Shown: positions 61,150 through 64,000 of the stretch, in pieces | Numbering within the stretch: position 1 is the first letter of the stretch | Layout of the letters: the number at the start of each line of letters is the position of its first letter | Source: Callorhinchus milii | Lineage: Eukaryota | Length of the DNA stretch: 64,000 bases | Assembly (NCBI RefSeq): GCF_018977255.1 | Contig: NW_024704742.1 | Coordinates: 98,334,001 to 98,398,000 of the forward strand | Direction of reading: 5' to 3' | Made by a program: the position numbers and the translations under genes | The notes under the pieces: model-generated | The model's input: the letters and a program-made list of their open reading frames with translations, nothing else | What the model was told of the DNA's origin: nothing | The model's database searches: none

Positions 61150-61490
61150 CAGTATAACCTTTTGCTCTTCATGTATGTGATTGACCAGCAAATTAGTAAT
61201 AAGAAGATATAAACTGAAGTTTATCACCAGAAGAAAACAGGGAAAGGTTAGACAAAATATATTTAAACAGAGAGTTGTTAGAATGTGGGATATCATGCCC
61301 CAAAATGGTTGTTGAAACCAAATCCAAACAGCATTTAATATAGAACTCAATAAGTACTTAAGTAAAAATAATATTAAAAGATACAGGGAAAGGGGAGAAT
61401 AATCGAGTTAGAGTAGATAGCTCCTATGTAGGGTCAGCTCCAGTAATGCTGGGCCGAATGCTTCTGGACTATTAATCTATTAGGTTTCAA
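61150..61490 (+). mobile_element. CR1 3' end relic
   Basis: KVRQNIFKQRVVRMWDIMPQNG (CR1 ORF2 terminus), then 'gctgggccgaatg'. Confidence 0.8.
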
Positions 61491-62469
61491 TTGAGGAGTC
61501 TCTCTACAAAAGTGTATGTGTTTCAGTGTATAGGTTTCTTTGTTTGAATTCTGAAAGCGATATTGTCAATACTAGCCATACTGTACTTTGTTTTATTATT
61601 TTGTTATTTTTCCAGTGCAATGTCCTGCTTGTTATATCCATTTCTGCGGCAGTTAATCTACAAAGGCTTTCTCATTTCTCCAAACACAAGCCATGTTCTT
61701 TTCTCTGCCCTGACCTTTTTCCTTCAATTTCCATATCAGTCTTGAATTGGAAAGCATGAATTAAATTTGTCCTGTCATAGTTGCTTAGTTTGCTCAATAG
61801 ACTGCAGAACAATATTGAAACTCTTCAATGCACAAGGTCATCAATTCTATTGCAGGAAGAAATGGTTTGATCCTATGACACACAACAAAAGGAATATTGT
61901 ATAGGCTCTTGAGAAAATGAACTAAGGCTAGATGTGTTTATGATACCTGAGGCGCCACCATGCATGACAGGCACTATATAAATGCAAGTTATTTTTAACC
62001 TTAAAATAAATCTCTTGTTTGACAGCAGTGATATAGTGATATAGAGTGTCAACATGACCAGCACAAATTGACATGAGTTGCACACTACAGATTAGCAATT
62101 GCACTCAGTTAGGGCACTAGTGCCAGAGGAGGTTCACTTCCAAGATTGATGTAATGAACATTGTTGGGGCAAAAGGGATGAAACTTTCTCCGCATCTAAC
62201 TGTGCTAAAGGTCACCTGTGAGTGCTTGATGTTGCCATTGGGCGACCATAATGTAAAAGTACTCCTATTTCTCGACAGATATATCGCATTTTAACAAATA
62301 ATTAGTGCTAACAAGAGTGGATGAGGAACATTAGTGGCTTGGATAACTTTGGCATTCCACCACAGTATTAAACTATTCACCAACCATCACTTGTGTCCTG
62401 GGATGTTTACTCTCTAATCTCGGGAATCTGTTGCTTGGAGTCAATTTAGAAGGTAGTCACCAAACTGTC

Positions 62470-62795
62470 TGCTCCTCACGCTCAGTGGGCTCCATCCTGC
62501 TTCACATCCTCCGCCTTCCTTGCCCCACCATTGGAGGGAGAGCCAACAGCCTCTCTGCTCCCACCCTCTAGAACTCCAATCCATATTCCCTCCACCTCAC
62601 TCCCTCCCTTGTCTCCTTCATGACCCATCTCAAAACCCTCCTCTTCATGCCTTTGGTCCCCCTCCTATCCCTACCCTCCTCGCCCTCCATCCCTTCTGAA
62701 CCCAACCACCAGCTCGGGTGTGGATCCCTGACTGTCCAGCGCTTTGGGACGTCCTTCTCATGTGAAAGGCACTATACAAATGTAATTTTTTGTTA
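62470..62795 (+). mobile_element. L2 3' end
   Basis: PTIGGRANSLSAPTL...HLKTLLF, then tail 'cagcgctttgggacgtccttctcatgtgaaaggcactatacaaatg'. Confidence 0.88.
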
Positions 62796-63344
62796 CTGTA
62801 GTTATTATAAGCAGTGTGCCAGAAGCAGATTCACCTGACATCACTATGAGTAGGGTCATCTGTAAACCCATACCTTTCGTCTTATAGATTCTCACTCATA
62901 GATCTCAGCCTTCAGATGCTGAGTAGAAGGATACTACCTTTGTTTTAAATAAAAATTTAGAGTAGCTGGTATTCGGCTAACTGGCAGTTAAAGCCTAGAG
63001 GATAGTAGGTACACTGAGATGGCAGAGATCATTAGTTTGGCATGTGTGGGGGAGAAAAAAGATCCAACACCAGTACATTTGGTGTGATGAATATCAAACA
63101 TATCGCTAGATTAATCCTAATGGAATCCATCACAACCCAATCGTTAACACGAGTGATCTTTTGTTACCTGTTCACAATAGAAATCTCATTATAAGGACAG
63201 ATCAAAAGGATTGCTGTGTGATAGATTCTTTAGGAAATTTCTGCCACAAGCACTGTGTAAGAAGCAAAAGATAAATGCTTCTTTAGTCCAAGTAAAACAT
63301 CTGGCCTCTTTCCAGTGCACACACATCCCAACTTGAAGACAGTT

Positions 63345-63578
63345 GGAAAGAAATTCCACCTGAGTTTAGATTTATTCTGTTAATCTACCATTACGAAGCA
63401 TCCAGAATTGGGCAGAATGTTCAATTCAGGCTCATCTCTGAAGCCGTTTTTGTAGTTCTTAAGAGAACTCAGAGAAAACCTGCTTCAAAATGAAGGCTGT
63501 ATTTACAAAATCACCAAATTCCAGTTTTGAAATGTTACGTTAATACAGTAAATCTAGATCCAGGTAGAATTTTACCCC
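63345..63578. mobile_element. MITE-like element, same TIR family as 21937-22118
   Basis: Left 'ggaaagaaattccacctgagtttagattta', right 'taaatctagatccaggtagaattttacccc'. Confidence 0.75.
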
Positions 63579-64000
63579 TCATGTGTAATAGTATGTAATG
63601 ATTCACAACAAATGTCTGATTTCTTTCTCTGCTAAAGCAAACTTCAATTTGTTTAGCATTCTTATCACAAGCTGACTGCACTCAATGCAAGTTACTCAAC
63701 CTGATCCAAATCAAGCAATCGTTTGGGCCAGTAAACCCCCATGTCACAACACAAACTATATTTCTTGAACTCCAGCATTTAATTTACTCTGATGAGAGAT
63801 TAGAAAGATTTAAAAGACTGTTTGAAACCAGCACAATTCATTTTTGTTTAACAGAAACAAAATCCTCTACTATTAAATGATCCTTACTATTATAATTTAA
63901 AAGACTTTCTGCTTTTTTAACATTGACGCTTCTTAAAAAACCTTCCAACTTATTACCTAACCATTGAACTAAAGTGAGATAAGGGCTTGTTCCTTTGTAC

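Noticed and set aside
63167..63252. Minus-strand exon candidate with a CAG|gtaaca donor
   Set aside because: The better acceptor gives stops in all frames, the alternative acceptor has a poor pyrimidine tract, and there is no recognisable peptide.

Overview
This is AT-rich, CpG-depleted vertebrate DNA. The repeat content (L2 LINEs with (TTG)n tails, CR1 3' tails, tRNA-headed SINEs with an L2-derived tail, Deu-domain SINEs) points to a cartilaginous fish, most likely a chimaera such as Callorhinchus; this assignment is an inference. I found no complete protein-coding gene, and the ORF-track entries I could recognise are mostly decayed LINE or SINE fragments. The window looks like a gene desert or very large intron, with repeat-free, TAAT-rich islands that resemble conserved non-coding enhancers, plus one strong RFX X-box. 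Main observations: (1) an orphan 84-bp fragment homologous to the IQGAP N-terminus (5314-5397, minus strand) wedged between L2 insertions; (2) young L2 copies with target-site duplications, templated 5'-junction duplications and a 3'-UTR VNTR; (3) an unclassified multi-copy repeat with direct and inverted segments; (4) a Harbinger transposase relic and a possibly related MITE family; (5) a decayed Penelope-type minimal hammerhead ribozyme; (6) a few isolated minus-strand exon candidates. I cannot support a claim of a new biological system from the sequence alone. Repeat boundaries are approximate (tens of bp), and family names rest on recalled consensus motifs, not database searches.
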